Assembly: GCA_963826785.1 (NCBI GenBank)
Contig: CAWGYD010000006.1
Coordinates: forward strand, 832,001 to 896,000
Origin: an uncultured delta proteobacterium
GTDB lineage: Bacteria; Desulfobacterota; Desulfobacteria; Desulfobacterales; Desulfosalsimonadaceae
Reading direction: 5' to 3'
Length of the DNA: 64,000 nucleotides
Shown here: positions 63,888-64,000 of the stretch, one piece after another
Numbering within the stretch: position 1 is the first letter of the stretch
Layout of the letters: each line of letters begins with the position of its first letter
Position numbers and translations under genes: made by a program
The notes under the pieces: generated by a model
Told to the model about the DNA's origin: nothing
The model's database searches: none
The model's input: the letters and a program-made list of their open reading frames with translations, nothing else

Positions 63888-64000
63888 TTTTGTTGACAGC
63901 GGCGCCCAGGCCGGTTAGATAATAGAGAATACAAATTAACGGCCGCCGATTGAAAATACCCGGGCAGCCGTCATTTAGCAGATTAACCACTAAGAACCGC

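Overview
This is a GC-rich bacterial chromosome segment. Its gene content (AOR, AhbB-like, DUF484-GGDEF, Etf) suggests an anaerobic deltaproteobacterium, Desulfobacterales-like (inference). From left to right it contains: the 3' end of aspS; a GS-like ligase / Fe-ADH / GATase / aldehyde:ferredoxin oxidoreductase operon; MarC, PaaI thioesterase, SDR and an Ntn acylase; a TetR-RND efflux operon; an AT-richer accessory island next to tRNA-Asn (RAYT-type HUH transposase with inverted flanks, AAA-DUF4143 ATPase, AbiEii remnant, primase-helicase-PLD fusion); Usp plus a ~2860-aa cyclic beta-1,2-glucan synthase; a DGC and a block of small hypothetical genes; a nicotinamidase-like gene; rhodanese-CDF-MauE; mtnA, ahbB and a radical SAM gene; tkt; MFS; a lipase with a NarL regulator and a giant pseudokinase-ATPase-histidine kinase; pncB, queF and etfB. 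Six single-base frameshifts look like assembly errors. The best candidates for undescribed biology are an anaerobic, AOR-dependent gamma-glutamylation route for amino-alcohol or amine catabolism, and the defence-like island. All family assignments come from motif recognition by eye; no database searches were run.
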